Positions 50,093 through 59,698 of a DNA stretch of 64,000 nucleotides are shown here, piece after piece. Positions within the stretch are counted from its first letter, which is position 1, and each line of letters starts with the position of its first letter. Source of the stretch: Planctomycetota bacterium (GTDB lineage Bacteria; Planctomycetota; UBA8108; SXIK01); assembly GCA_965223265.1 (NCBI GenBank), contig OZ244999.1:8896001-8960000 (forward strand), given 5' to 3'. Under the pieces are notes generated by a model. The model worked only from the letters and a program-made list of their open reading frames with translations, was not told the origin of the DNA and searched no databases. The translations under genes and the position numbers were made by a program.

Positions 50093-51766
50093 CTACTCGA
50101 CGTAGGCAACTTCACGCTCGATGTCCAGGCCGACAATGTCGTAGATGCGGCCCGTCGCACCGAGCAGCCGCGCCTCGCGGTTGCCGGAGTTGTAATAGTT
50201 CGAGGCAAGATTGCTCTCCGCCTCGACCAACTCAGAACGGGTGTCGAGCACTTGGTCGATCGTCACTTTGGCGTCGAAGTAGTCGCGCAGGCGCTGAGAG
50301 AACTCGGCAGCCTTCTGCTCAATGACACTGAGAAGAGTGTTGCGATTCTGTTCATTGTCGAGGAGCGCACTCGTCTCAGCGACAATCTCGCGGCGCATAT
50401 CCATGTTTTCAGCTTCCATTTGCGCGCGAAATTGGCGGATTTGTGCCTCGGCTTTGTTGCGCGTAGCTGTCAGAACGCGCCTGTCGTTGAGGCGAAACGA
50501 GAGGCCGCCGGCGACGCTCCAACCGTCCAGTCGATCGTCGAACGACTCGGATCCGAGCGGAAATTGCGTACCTTCGAGAAAGGCGCTGATGTCATATCGA
50601 CCGTCCCGAGCTTGATCGCGCTGTAGCTCAGCGTCCGCGATCGCGTCGTCGAGCACGGCGAACGTCGGGTTGTTGCTGCGAGCCTCGTCGATGAGCTGCT
50701 CAAGGCCTTCGGAGGTCGTCGCCTGGACGGCGACCGGACTGAGGCGATGCGGCGGGACGACGAGTTCGTGCTCCTCTTCAGGACGAACTCCAATCTCGGC
50801 GAGAAGTGTCGTGAGATACTCGCGCTCGCGAGACAGATAGCGCTCCGCTTGGGCGTCTGCGTCGGCGCGTACGGACTGCACTCTACCTCGGTCCTCGGGA
50901 CGCACTCGACGATCGTTGAGAAGGCCGTCAAGGGTGTCGACGAAACGGCTGTAGGCGAGGGCCAAACGCTTGTAATACACCGTCAAGGTGTAGGCGCTCG
51001 TGGCACTGACGACGAAGCTACGGTAGTTCTCGAGATAGTCCAACTGTGCCTTACGCGCGGTCGACTCTTGGAACGCCTGCGCGATGATGCGTTCCTGCTT
51101 TCGACGTGAACCTGAGAACGGAACTTCGATGCGCGCGCGGACGAGCACACCGCTGCCCTCTTCCAAATCGTCTTCGGTGACATCTGCGTCGTCGAAGCGA
51201 AAACGCGAGTGACTCGCACCCGCTTCTGTCCGCAGAACCGCACCTTCGAACGTCTCCTTCTGAAGGCCGACGACCGCTTCGCTGACGGTGCCGCGAGCAC
51301 CACGTCGGTTCGGAAAGTCCGCGTAGCTCGTGCGTGCTTCAAGAAACGGTTCGAAACGGTTGAGGTTGGCGCGGAACTCTGTCAGTCCGTGCTGTGCCGC
51401 GAGCATCTCTTCTCGCGCCGCTCTGACCCGATAGCTCTTGAGGTAGACTAGGTGGACGATGGTGTCGAGATTCAGCTGATACGGAGGTTTCTGCAGATCG
51501 CTCTGAAGCTGACGGATCTCTGCGAGCTTGTCGTCTGCAGCCGCACTTTCCGGCGTGTCAGCTGGAAGGCTCGGGGCCTGGTTCGTCGGAGAATGCCCGA
51601 CGTCGACCGGCTCCGTGTTGGAACAGCCGGCGTTGAGCAGCAGTGCGATCAGAACAACACACCGCCTTCGCGGTCGCAGGTCCGACTCGGGTTGGTGAGG
51701 GTTGTTCTCGGCGGGGGACGACAGCGACGGTGATTCGAGGCGGGGACTCAGCGCGGGTTTCTCCAC
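50093..51766 (-). CDS. TolC-family outer membrane efflux protein, probable lipoprotein
   Basis: LLLNAGC lipobox-like; two alpha/beta halves; ARSNNP, IDQVLDTRSEL, RLLGATG typical of OEP domains. Confidence 0.72.
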   Translation of the reverse strand: MEKPALSPRLESPSLSSPAENNPHQPESDLRPRRRCVVLIALLLNAGCSNTEPVDVGHSPTNQAPSLPADTPESAAADDKLAEIRQLQSDLQKPPYQLNLDTIVHLVYLKSYRVRAAREEMLAAQHGLTEFRANLNRFEPFLEARTSYADFPNRRGARGTVSEAVVGLQKETFEGAVLRTEAGASHSRFRFDDADVTEDDLEEGSGVLVRARIEVPFSGSRRKQERIIAQAFQESTARKAQLDYLENYRSFVVSATSAYTLTVYYKRLALAYSRFVDTLDGLLNDRRVRPEDRGRVQSVRADADAQAERYLSREREYLTTLLAEIGVRPEEEHELVVPPHRLSPVAVQATTSEGLEQLIDEARSNNPTFAVLDDAIADAELQRDQARDGRYDISAFLEGTQFPLGSESFDDRLDGWSVAGGLSFRLNDRRVLTATRNKAEAQIRQFRAQMEAENMDMRREIVAETSALLDNEQNRNTLLSVIEQKAAEFSQRLRDYFDAKVTIDQVLDTRSELVEAESNLASNYYNSGNREARLLGATGRIYDIVGLDIEREVAYVE

Positions 51767-51891
51767 TCTTTGGGCTCTTCTTTCCTTACGTTACCTGATC
51801 AGACTCCTTTTGGCGCTGGAAGTTAGCATGATGAATGGTGCTCCATCAATTCTTTAAGTCGAAATGGCGCAGTAATTTGCGTCAAAGTGCG

Positions 51892-51917
51892 TTATCAGAA
51901 CATGGGTGTTCCGATAA
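51892..51917. promoter_or_regulatory. Operator-like palindrome upstream of the TolC-family gene
   Basis: TTATCAGAACA-TGGG-TGTTCCGATAA, 10/11 arm match, within a locally AT-rich intergenic patch. Confidence 0.45.
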
Positions 51918-52018
51918 GAGCTTAACAGCCTTCCTGAAAACCGTCGCCGCTTGCATCCAGATCGGCCGCGCGCGGCGACGGGGGGCCGGGCGGTGCGTAC
52001 GGGTTCGGTAAAGGCGGC

Positions 52019-53500
52019 TCACTTGCTCGTGAACGTCAGAATCTGGCAGCGATTGTAGGTGCGCGGGATCGACAGCGTTTGACCGTCGATTTTGATCTCG
52101 AGACGCTCGGGTGCGGCGCCGAAATCAGTGCGACGCACGAGGACACGATCCGCGAGCCGCAGCGCCGAGACGACCGGCTGCGGCGTGCTCGGGACGTCAA
52201 AAATGAGCGGCGTGCCGTGGTCGAGGAATTCGCGGTATTCGAGTGCCGCGGCGTACACCTCATGCGGTGGTTTGATCTCGGTCTCGAGTTCGCTCGTCGG
52301 GCACCACATGCAGAACGTGTCGTGGCCGCGCAAGAGAAGATGCCAGAGGAGCTCGCGATAGGCGCCGTCACTCATCGGCACGAGGTGGGCTGGAAGACCA
52401 TCGGGCGGCGGTGCGGTCGGCGTCCAGTGGACGAACGGAATGATGGGTGTTTTCTGGGGCGTGTGACGTGCCGCATTCGAGCCCACCAGAAGCAAGTTGT
52501 AGAACCATCGATAGTCGGTGTCGCTGAAGTCGTATGCAGCAAAGATTTGGTACCAAGTGTAGACGACCGGCATGGCGAACGTGTAGCCGCTCGGCTCGAA
52601 CTCGTGCGCCCACTGGCGATAGAACGAGTTCTGATCGACGATGCCCGGGACGCCGGCGCCGGGCGACACCGGTTTCTCGAAGTAGTCGTACCAGTAGCGG
52701 TAGCCGTTGTGGGGGTAGGCGCCATAGTTGCTGATCAGCGCGTCGGGAAAATAGCTCTGGATCGGTTCTACGAAGACTCGACGCTGCATGTCGGATCGTT
52801 CTCGACGCAGCGCCATTTGGAACTCGGTAAAACTTTCGATGTTCTCGATCTGCTCTCGACAGCGCTGGCACCGCTTCGAGTTTTTCCACCCGTCGTTCCA
52901 CTCAATAGGGCCGTCGATCTCCCAATCAGCGGACCAAAGATCGAGGCGAACTCCCTCTTCGACGTATCTCTTGAGAAACGGCTCCAGGCGCGCACGCATG
53001 GCGGCGTAGCGATCCTTCAGGGCGAACGGGCAACCCATCTTCGCGCCGCCGAAGGAGTCGTCGAAGAACTTCGCGCCATCTGCGTCGACGTGCGCAGTGG
53101 CCGGGGAACCGTCGCAAAAGCTATAGACTGCACCTGTCGCGTCGACGTTGACTCGTAGCCCGAGTCGCTGCTGAATCTTCCCGACGCGTGCGGCATAGGC
53201 GGGGCTTTCGGGATCGCCGGCGCGCCAATGCGAGAAGACACCAATGCCGCGATCTGCCAACGCGCGCAGCAGACGCTCGATTTCTACGTCATCATCGATG
53301 CCGCTCATGACGGCGGACCAGGCATAGAACGGCAAGCGATCGCCGCGGTCGTATTTCAGCGGCGACGTCTGGCTGATGATGCGCTCGAGGAGCGGCTTCG
53401 ATCCTTGGGCCACGAGCGGCCGCGTCCAGCTCGTATAAAGGCTGCTGACCAGAACGGCGGGAAACATGAAGGTGGCGAGCAATCTCTTGGCGGCGGTCAT
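52019..53500 (-). CDS. Hypothetical exported protein, possibly glycoside-hydrolase-like TIM barrel
   Basis: Signal-like N-terminus; aromatic-rich; WSADWEIDGP, CQRC, YRELLWHLLLRG; family not recognised. Confidence 0.55.
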   Translation of the reverse strand: MTAAKRLLATFMFPAVLVSSLYTSWTRPLVAQGSKPLLERIISQTSPLKYDRGDRLPFYAWSAVMSGIDDDVEIERLLRALADRGIGVFSHWRAGDPESPAYAARVGKIQQRLGLRVNVDATGAVYSFCDGSPATAHVDADGAKFFDDSFGGAKMGCPFALKDRYAAMRARLEPFLKRYVEEGVRLDLWSADWEIDGPIEWNDGWKNSKRCQRCREQIENIESFTEFQMALRRERSDMQRRVFVEPIQSYFPDALISNYGAYPHNGYRYWYDYFEKPVSPGAGVPGIVDQNSFYRQWAHEFEPSGYTFAMPVVYTWYQIFAAYDFSDTDYRWFYNLLLVGSNAARHTPQKTPIIPFVHWTPTAPPPDGLPAHLVPMSDGAYRELLWHLLLRGHDTFCMWCPTSELETEIKPPHEVYAAALEYREFLDHGTPLIFDVPSTPQPVVSALRLADRVLVRRTDFGAAPERLEIKIDGQTLSIPRTYNRCQILTFTSK

Positions 53501-53815
53501 AGTCTTTTTAGTCTTTCTTCAGCTCACTCCCCAAACGCTACAGAAGAGTGATGGCGAAGGAACCGCTCACACGGCGGCTAGGAAGCTGTCGGCGAGCTTC
53601 GAACGTCTGTTATCGGTCTGCTGGTCTGTGTCAGGGCGACAGCGCCCCGACGCCTCTTCAGCCTAAACTCGTCGACACCGAAATTGGAATGTCGAGTCCG
53701 CGTTTGTCGCGAGTTTTCCCACAGCCCACGACGGAGAGCGGAAACGAATCAAGAGCGCCGCACAGAGGCGTCACTTTTTGAAGGCTCCATTTGACGGAGC
53801 GTAGCTCCGGCACAG

Positions 53816-55531
53816 ATGAGCAACGAACACACTGAGAGAAGCGCAGTCCGCGAAGCGCAACCATTCCGCGTTTTCTTGAGGCGTGTCTGGGAACGCGGTT
53901 TTTCGCTCGATCTTCGAGCTCTTGCCGCGTTTCGAATTGGCGTCGGGTTTTTACTTCTGTGGAACTTGGGCGCGCGCTCTCTATGGCTTCGCGCGCACTA
54001 CACGGACGCCGGCATCCTGCCGCGCTCGTTTCTAATCGAGCACGACCCCAATAAGTGGGCAACGTCACTCTTTTTTGCCAACGGCTCCGCCGGCTTCGCC
54101 GCCTTTCTGTTCGTATTTCACACAATTGCGGCAGTCGCGCTTCTTCTCGGCTACCGAACCCGAGTTGCGACGTTCTTGAACTGGCTGCTTCTTCTGTCGC
54201 TCCACAACCGCAACCCCTGGATTTGCCAAGGCGGTGATTTCATTCTGCACCTCCTTCTCTTCTGGGGCTTCTTCCTCCCACTCGGCGCCCGCGCTTCGCT
54301 CGACGCTCTTCGCGGCGGACTCGCACGTGAGCGTCACGTGTGCAACGTCGCATCAGCCGCGCTGATACTGCAGATCGTGTTTATCTACGTCTTCACCGGC
54401 CTCATGAAAACTGGAGATTTCTGGCGCAACGACGGCACTGCAATTGAGTACGCGCTGCGCTACGAACACTTCACAGGTCCACTCGGCAAGTGGCTTCTGA
54501 ATTACCCAGACTTGCTCAAGCCTCTGACGCATTCGGTGCTCTGGATGGAGATCTTCGGGCCGGTTTTACTCTTTATGCCCTTTGCTTTCGTGCCGCTGCG
54601 CATCGTAGGCATCTTGCTGTTCCTAGGGTTCCACCTCGGTTTGGCGCTGACGATGGAGCTTGGTCTTTTTCCGTACATCTGTGCCGTCGCCTGGCTTGCT
54701 CTTCTGCCTTCGACAGTTTGGGAAGGCCTAGGCCGCTGCTCAGCAAGGAGTCGACTCTACGGCGTGTGCGTTGAGCTACTGCGCGCTGCAAACACTCCCC
54801 AGCGGCCGCGCGAGCCTTCGTCGTCAAAACGTCGTTCCGCGCCTCTGGCGTGTGCGCTCACTCCGCGCTGGGTCAATCCCGTCGCCGGTGTATTCCTCCT
54901 TTTCATCTTTCTCCTCAACGTGCGTTCGTTGCCGGAGTTCAGGCACTCGGGCCTCGCCGCAATGTTGCAACCGTTTGAGTTCGTGGCCAAGGGTCTCCGC
55001 GTCTCTCAGGACTGGATCATGTTCGCCCCCAATCCTCAAGTAGAGGCGGGATGGTTCGTCATGCGAGGCGAGCTCGGGGACGGATCCGAGGTGGATCTCT
55101 ATCGAGCGATCGTTCTGGATCGCGACGTGGGCATCGATTGGAGCGAACCTGTATTGGTCTCGGCGATGTATCCGACGCAGCGCTGGCGCAAGTGTCTCCT
55201 TCAGATGTATCGCTACGATCACCGCCGGGCTGTCTTGCCGTACCTTGCGAGTTGGCTGCGGCGCGAATGGTATCGTCGCCAATGGGCACGGCACGGTTTC
55301 GACGATGAGGCGAGCTGGAGGCTTAGGTCGATGGACATCCACTACATGCTACGATTGACGAGGCTTGGCGCAGAGCCTTATCGGAAGCCTCTTCTCCTCT
55401 ATCGTTGGGAGAAAGAAGGAGAAGAATGCTGGTACGGACGTGCGCACACAGATCCGCTCTGGCTCGAGGCGATCAGCCATGTGGGCGCCCAAGATACCGC
55501 GGCGGTGTCGGAACCGCAGACCGGGGAATGA
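53816..55531 (+). CDS. HTTM-domain membrane protein
   Basis: DLRALAAFRIG, LLGYRTR, SLHNRNP, LPLGARASLD, YVFTGLMK..W..GTA, FHLGL, QDWIMFAPNP, RWRK. Confidence 0.85.
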   Translation: MSNEHTERSAVREAQPFRVFLRRVWERGFSLDLRALAAFRIGVGFLLLWNLGARSLWLRAHYTDAGILPRSFLIEHDPNKWATSLFFANGSAGFAAFLFVFHTIAAVALLLGYRTRVATFLNWLLLLSLHNRNPWICQGGDFILHLLLFWGFFLPLGARASLDALRGGLARERHVCNVASAALILQIVFIYVFTGLMKTGDFWRNDGTAIEYALRYEHFTGPLGKWLLNYPDLLKPLTHSVLWMEIFGPVLLFMPFAFVPLRIVGILLFLGFHLGLALTMELGLFPYICAVAWLALLPSTVWEGLGRCSARSRLYGVCVELLRAANTPQRPREPSSSKRRSAPLACALTPRWVNPVAGVFLLFIFLLNVRSLPEFRHSGLAAMLQPFEFVAKGLRVSQDWIMFAPNPQVEAGWFVMRGELGDGSEVDLYRAIVLDRDVGIDWSEPVLVSAMYPTQRWRKCLLQMYRYDHRRAVLPYLASWLRREWYRRQWARHGFDDEASWRLRSMDIHYMLRLTRLGAEPYRKPLLLYRWEKEGEECWYGRAHTDPLWLEAISHVGAQDTAAVSEPQTGE

Positions 55532-55551
55532 CTGCTAACCGGTGAACCAGG

Positions 55552-56598
55552 GTGGGTGAGTTCACTTTCGCGGTGCCCGGACCGATAAGAAACATCATGA
55601 GCGCGAAAGTGATCCCGAACGAGCCAACTGCAACTATGGGCTGTGCGCACCGGCGTCTGTTCACGGTGTCGGCGCGCGCGGGGCTGCGCTGCTTTCTAAC
55701 TGTCCTGGCGCCACGTGGCGGGAGGATTCTCCTGCCGGCCTATGTCGGCTACACGGAACGTGAAGGCTCGGGTGTGCTCGACCCGGTTCGGGAAGCGGGA
55801 TACTCCTTCGAGTTCTACCGCGTCGGTGAAGACCTCGCCGCGGACCTCGTCGACTTGGAGGCCAGAATTCAAGTCGGAAAGAACCAGGGGTACTCATTCA
55901 CCGCGATTCTGGTGGTTCACTACTTCGGTTTCCCCGAGCCGAAGTTGGCAACGTTGAGTGAGCTGTCGCGCCAATTCGGGGTAGTCATCATCGAGGATTG
56001 CGCCCACTGTTTGCCGTTGAGCGCCCATGTCGCGCGCGAAGGTGCTATCGGTCATGTCGGCGCGGCGAGCGTCTACGCGCTCCACAAGATCCTACCGGTC
56101 GAGTCCGGCGGCATTTTGCAGGTGAACGACCCGACTCTCCCCCTACCCACCCTCGAGGAGCGAGATCGCATCTCGCCCGCGGCGCTCGAAGTCTTCGCCA
56201 ACGCCGACTGGCGTGCGATCGCACAGAGACGTCATGACAACGCCGCGCTGCTTCTCGACCGACTAAGAAACGTATCGGGAATCCGCCCACTGGTCGCGGA
56301 AATCTCCACCGACAGCGCGCCCATGAACTTGCCGATCGTGGTTGCCGAGGCATCGCGTCACGATGTCTACATGGAGCTACGCCGGCGTGGCATCGAGGCG
56401 ACTGCGCTCTACTATCGACTCGTCGACGAGCTCGTCCGTGAGCGTTTCCCGGCGGGATTTGTTACCTCAGAGCGGATTCTCAATCTGCCTGTGCATCAAG
56501 ATCTTTCGGGTGCAGACATGGAGCGCATCGCAGCAGAGTTGAATGAGGCGGTGCTCACTTCTGGAAGAGTTGTGTCGCACGCGCTCGAACAGGACTGA
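55552..56598 (+). CDS. DegT/DnrJ/EryC1/StrS-family PLP enzyme (short type)
   Basis: LPAYV, VVHYFGFP, IIEDCAH, LHKILPVESGG, LNLPVHQ. Confidence 0.78.
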   Translation: MGEFTFAVPGPIRNIMSAKVIPNEPTATMGCAHRRLFTVSARAGLRCFLTVLAPRGGRILLPAYVGYTEREGSGVLDPVREAGYSFEFYRVGEDLAADLVDLEARIQVGKNQGYSFTAILVVHYFGFPEPKLATLSELSRQFGVVIIEDCAHCLPLSAHVAREGAIGHVGAASVYALHKILPVESGGILQVNDPTLPLPTLEERDRISPAALEVFANADWRAIAQRRHDNAALLLDRLRNVSGIRPLVAEISTDSAPMNLPIVVAEASRHDVYMELRRRGIEATALYYRLVDELVRERFPAGFVTSERILNLPVHQDLSGADMERIAAELNEAVLTSGRVVSHALEQD

Positions 56599-56605
56599 CT
56601 CCACC

Positions 56606-57367
56606 ATGGTGAATTGGCAGAGTTTTTGGAATAGCTATCCAACGGGTGCGCGAGGAGGCGATCCTTTAGCGCAAGTGGGGAAGACGGTTGCCGGCGTGCC
56701 GATTTCGCCTGCACAACTCGAGACCATCGTTACGAGCGTACGCGACGGTCTTGATCTGCGCTCCGACGACGTCCTTCTCGACCTCTGCTGCGGCAACGGC
56801 GTTGTCACCCGACGTCTCGCTGAGCATTGCCGTCACGTCGTCGGTGTTGACTTTTCGACACCCTTGATCGAGTCGGCGAAGCGGCAAAACAGTGTGGAGA
56901 ATGTCGAGTTCGTCCAGTTGGACGCCCGCGCTCTCGGAACTCTGCGCCCGCACGCTGCCGGTGCGTTCACGAAGGTGCTTTGCTACGAAGCGCTCGCTTT
57001 CTTCGATCGCAAGGAGTGCGAACAGCTGCTGGCCGACGCTCTCAAACTGTGCGTGCCGGAGCCAGGTCTCTTCATCGGCAGCGTGCTCGATCGCCGCCGC
57101 CGTGGAAACTTCTTCAACACACTGCGACGCAAGTGCCTCTACTGGATTCGAATCCGCCTCTTGCGTCGCGAGGTCGGATTGGGACGCTGGTGGACGCCCG
57201 AGGAACTGGCCGCTATTGGTGCGCGCTTCGGTTTTCGCTGCGAGGTGCTCGACCAAGATCCGACGGTGCATACGGCGCATTACCGATTCGATATGCGCCT
57301 TCGTATGCGCCAGCAACTGGCGACGACGACCGTCACGGAGCAACCACCTGAAGGGGTCGCGACCTAG
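56606..57367 (+). CDS. Class I SAM-dependent methyltransferase
   Basis: VLLDLCCGNG, GVDFS; start MVNWQSFW 7 bp after upstream stop. Confidence 0.85.
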   Translation: MVNWQSFWNSYPTGARGGDPLAQVGKTVAGVPISPAQLETIVTSVRDGLDLRSDDVLLDLCCGNGVVTRRLAEHCRHVVGVDFSTPLIESAKRQNSVENVEFVQLDARALGTLRPHAAGAFTKVLCYEALAFFDRKECEQLLADALKLCVPEPGLFIGSVLDRRRRGNFFNTLRRKCLYWIRIRLLRREVGLGRWWTPEELAAIGARFGFRCEVLDQDPTVHTAHYRFDMRLRMRQQLATTTVTEQPPEGVAT

Positions 57368-57413
57368 ACTGCCCGGAAACCTCCGCAATGCGAAGAACCC
57401 GACAGGATTTTCC

Positions 57414-58271
57414 ATGGACATGATGGCCCACGAAAGCCAGTTCGCGGCGCAGCCCCTGAGCCTTGAGCGAGTCGTTGGCGTTTTTGGGATGCCGCGATCT
57501 GGAACGAGCTGGATTGGACAGATCTTTGACAGCCATCCACGCGTCGCGTTCCGTCTCGATCCACTCTTCTCTTACGCCTTTAAGAATCAGCTGGACGCGA
57601 ACTCGTGCGCCGGCTCCATCCGCGATTTCTTTGCAGCGGTCCATAACTCAGACGATGACTTTCTTCTGCAGACCGAGCGCCGCCGCGAGGGCATCTATCC
57701 AACGTTCACCAAAATCGACGTACCTGACACTCTCGTCTTCAAAACGACACGCTTCCATCATCTACTGGAGCCTTTGCTCCAGCGGTCTCGTGAACTGGTG
57801 ATTGTCGCCATCGTGCGCCATCCGTGTGGTGCAATCTGTTCTTGGCTGGAGACACCTCGCGAGTTTCCATCGACCGCCGATCCGAGCGTCGAATGGCGAA
57901 CGGGCCGGTGTCGAAAGACAGCGGACGAAGAGTTCTGGGGTTTCGACGATTGGAAGAGCGTGACGCTCCGGCACCTCGAACTTGAATCACGCCACCCCGA
58001 GCGCTTCGCGATCGTGCGTTACGAGAAACTCGTCGCCAGTGCGGAGGCGGAGACCGAGCGCTTCTTTCGTTTCTGCGGCCTCGAGCTGTCCGACCAGACC
58101 CGCGACTTCTTGCAGGCGTCTCACGCCTCACACAACAGCGACTCCTATTCGGTGTTTAAGAGTCCGTCAGTCGTCGACCGCTGGCGGGAGCGTTTGCCAC
58201 CGCGCATCCAAGAAGAGATCTTGTCGGAGGTGCAGGGGACGGCGTTGGAGCGGTTTATCGCTGATGAGTGA
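57414..58271 (+). CDS. Sulfotransferase family protein
   Basis: 5'-PSB GMPRSGTSW, 3'-PB IVRHPCGAICSW, VRYEKLV, DRWRERL. Confidence 0.88.
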   Translation: MDMMAHESQFAAQPLSLERVVGVFGMPRSGTSWIGQIFDSHPRVAFRLDPLFSYAFKNQLDANSCAGSIRDFFAAVHNSDDDFLLQTERRREGIYPTFTKIDVPDTLVFKTTRFHHLLEPLLQRSRELVIVAIVRHPCGAICSWLETPREFPSTADPSVEWRTGRCRKTADEEFWGFDDWKSVTLRHLELESRHPERFAIVRYEKLVASAEAETERFFRFCGLELSDQTRDFLQASHASHNSDSYSVFKSPSVVDRWRERLPPRIQEEILSEVQGTALERFIADE

Positions 58272-58311
58272 TGGTAGTGGTGTGGGGGTAAGGAAGATTC
58301 AGAGACGGAGG

Positions 58312-58422
58312 CAGATTCAGATTCAGATTCAGATTCGGAGTCAGATTCAGATTCAGATTCAGATTCAGATTCAGATTCGGAGTCAGAGACAGATTAGACA
58401 GATTCAGATTCGGAGTCGGAAT
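58312..58422. repeat. Hexamer microsatellite (CAGATT)n interrupted by CGGAGT
   Basis: CAGATT x4, CGGAGT, CAGATT x6, CGGAGT, then degenerate units. Confidence 0.95.
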
Positions 58423-58446
58423 CAACCTCTGAGCCCAGGTACGCCC

Positions 58447-58512
58447 GCCCACGCCCACGCAAACGCAAACGCAAACGCAAACGCAAACGCAAACGCAAAC
58501 GCAAACGCAAAC
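58447..58512. repeat. Hexamer microsatellite (GCCCAC)x2 (GCAAAC)x9
   Basis: Nine exact GCAAAC copies at 58459-58512. Confidence 0.95.
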
Positions 58513-58648
58513 CGGCGCGTCGGCGGCGCTCGAGCCGAAGGCAGAGAAGAGCTCTGCTGCTCCGGGCGTGCGTGCGGCGGCGATTTTGTCGATCGTAACC
58601 GAAGCAGAGCCGGCCTCAAGGGTGCCCTGGCGCCGCTCGGCCTGGTTC

Positions 58649-59392
58649 CTACCTGCAGTTTGCGCCTGTGGACACGGGCGTCGCAGTCTCCAGCTCGACT
58701 TGCGCTAGCATGCTGCGAATCGTTTCCGGCGCGTTGAACATTAAGGCGTCGAGGATTGAGAGCCCGGGGATGAAGTCGTCCCGGCGCTGCGAGTATGCCG
58801 GTAGTGGGGAGCGCAGGAAGGTGAGGGGGATGGTGGCGCGCGCGAAAGCCTCAGCGTCGAAGATCTCTTTGCCGCCAGGAGGATTGAGATACTCAGAAGC
58901 GCCGAGTGCTTTGGAGATCTCCAGTGCCCAGTCGCCAGGATGGTGGATTTCGCCAAGCGACAGATCCATCTCAGAAAAGAACTCGTAACGAAACTCCACG
59001 CCGAGGTATTGAAACGTCGTCGCGAGCACACGCGCGTTCAAGCGTGCGAGGCTGGGTTCCTCGAGGTCCAGAGCGGCGTGAAGGCACTCGACGACGTCGT
59101 CGTAGTAGCGGGCGCGTTTTTTATAGTGAGTCAGCTGCCCGAAGAGTCTGCGGCGCCACTCACTCGAATCGTCAATGACGATGTCGCGAATCGCCGTCTC
59201 CCGCGGCTGCTTGCGCACCGGAACCGTGACATACTGCCAGCCCTCCCGAGGTTTCAGGATGCGGTTCCGATTGATCCAGCCATGGCGGATGTACTGGACA
59301 GTGTCGAAGAAAACCCAACGATCCACGTAGTGAGCGAGTGCGTAGTAGCCGAGGTATGGGGCGAAGTACGGCTGCATCACCGCGAGCTTCAC
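58649..59392 (-). CDS. wbqC: WbqC family protein
   Basis: MQPYFAPYLGYY, DTVQY..GWINRNRI, YLNPPGG, FIPGLSILDALM. Confidence 0.92.
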   Translation of the reverse strand: MKLAVMQPYFAPYLGYYALAHYVDRWVFFDTVQYIRHGWINRNRILKPREGWQYVTVPVRKQPRETAIRDIVIDDSSEWRRRLFGQLTHYKKRARYYDDVVECLHAALDLEEPSLARLNARVLATTFQYLGVEFRYEFFSEMDLSLGEIHHPGDWALEISKALGASEYLNPPGGKEIFDAEAFARATIPLTFLRSPLPAYSQRRDDFIPGLSILDALMFNAPETIRSMLAQVELETATPVSTGANCR

Positions 59393-59698
59393 ATGGACCT
59401 CCCTGCTGCAGTTCCTGCGCTACGGCAGAATCTTCGCGACCCGTGTCGACGGTGCCAATACTCGGCGGTTGCGTCCGATAACTCGGCTCGAGCCTTGCCG
59501 GCGTCAGGCCACGTCTCACCGGGTCTCATTGAACCTCCGCGACCTCATCGTCCGAAGAAGATGAGTGCCGCGACGAGAGACTTCTCGCTTACTCGGACGA
59601 ATGACGCTTCGTCTTGAGGCCGCCTCGACGAGCTTCGTCGCGCAGGATCACAGCAGTGCGAACTCGACAAGGTGTTCACGAAGAGGATCGCGCAGAGG

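Noticed and set aside
51864-51880. Sigma-54-like TGGCGC...TTGC motif
   Set aside because: GG-to-GC spacing is 11 rather than 10, and it faces away from the TolC-family gene.
56892-57413. N-terminal extension of the sulfotransferase ORF
   Set aside because: Mostly overlaps the methyltransferase in another frame; the domain begins after ATG 57414.
57982-58737. ORFs encoding QIQIQI, ANANAN, LNLNLN or FAFAFA peptides
   Set aside because: Translations of the microsatellites, with no independent coding evidence.
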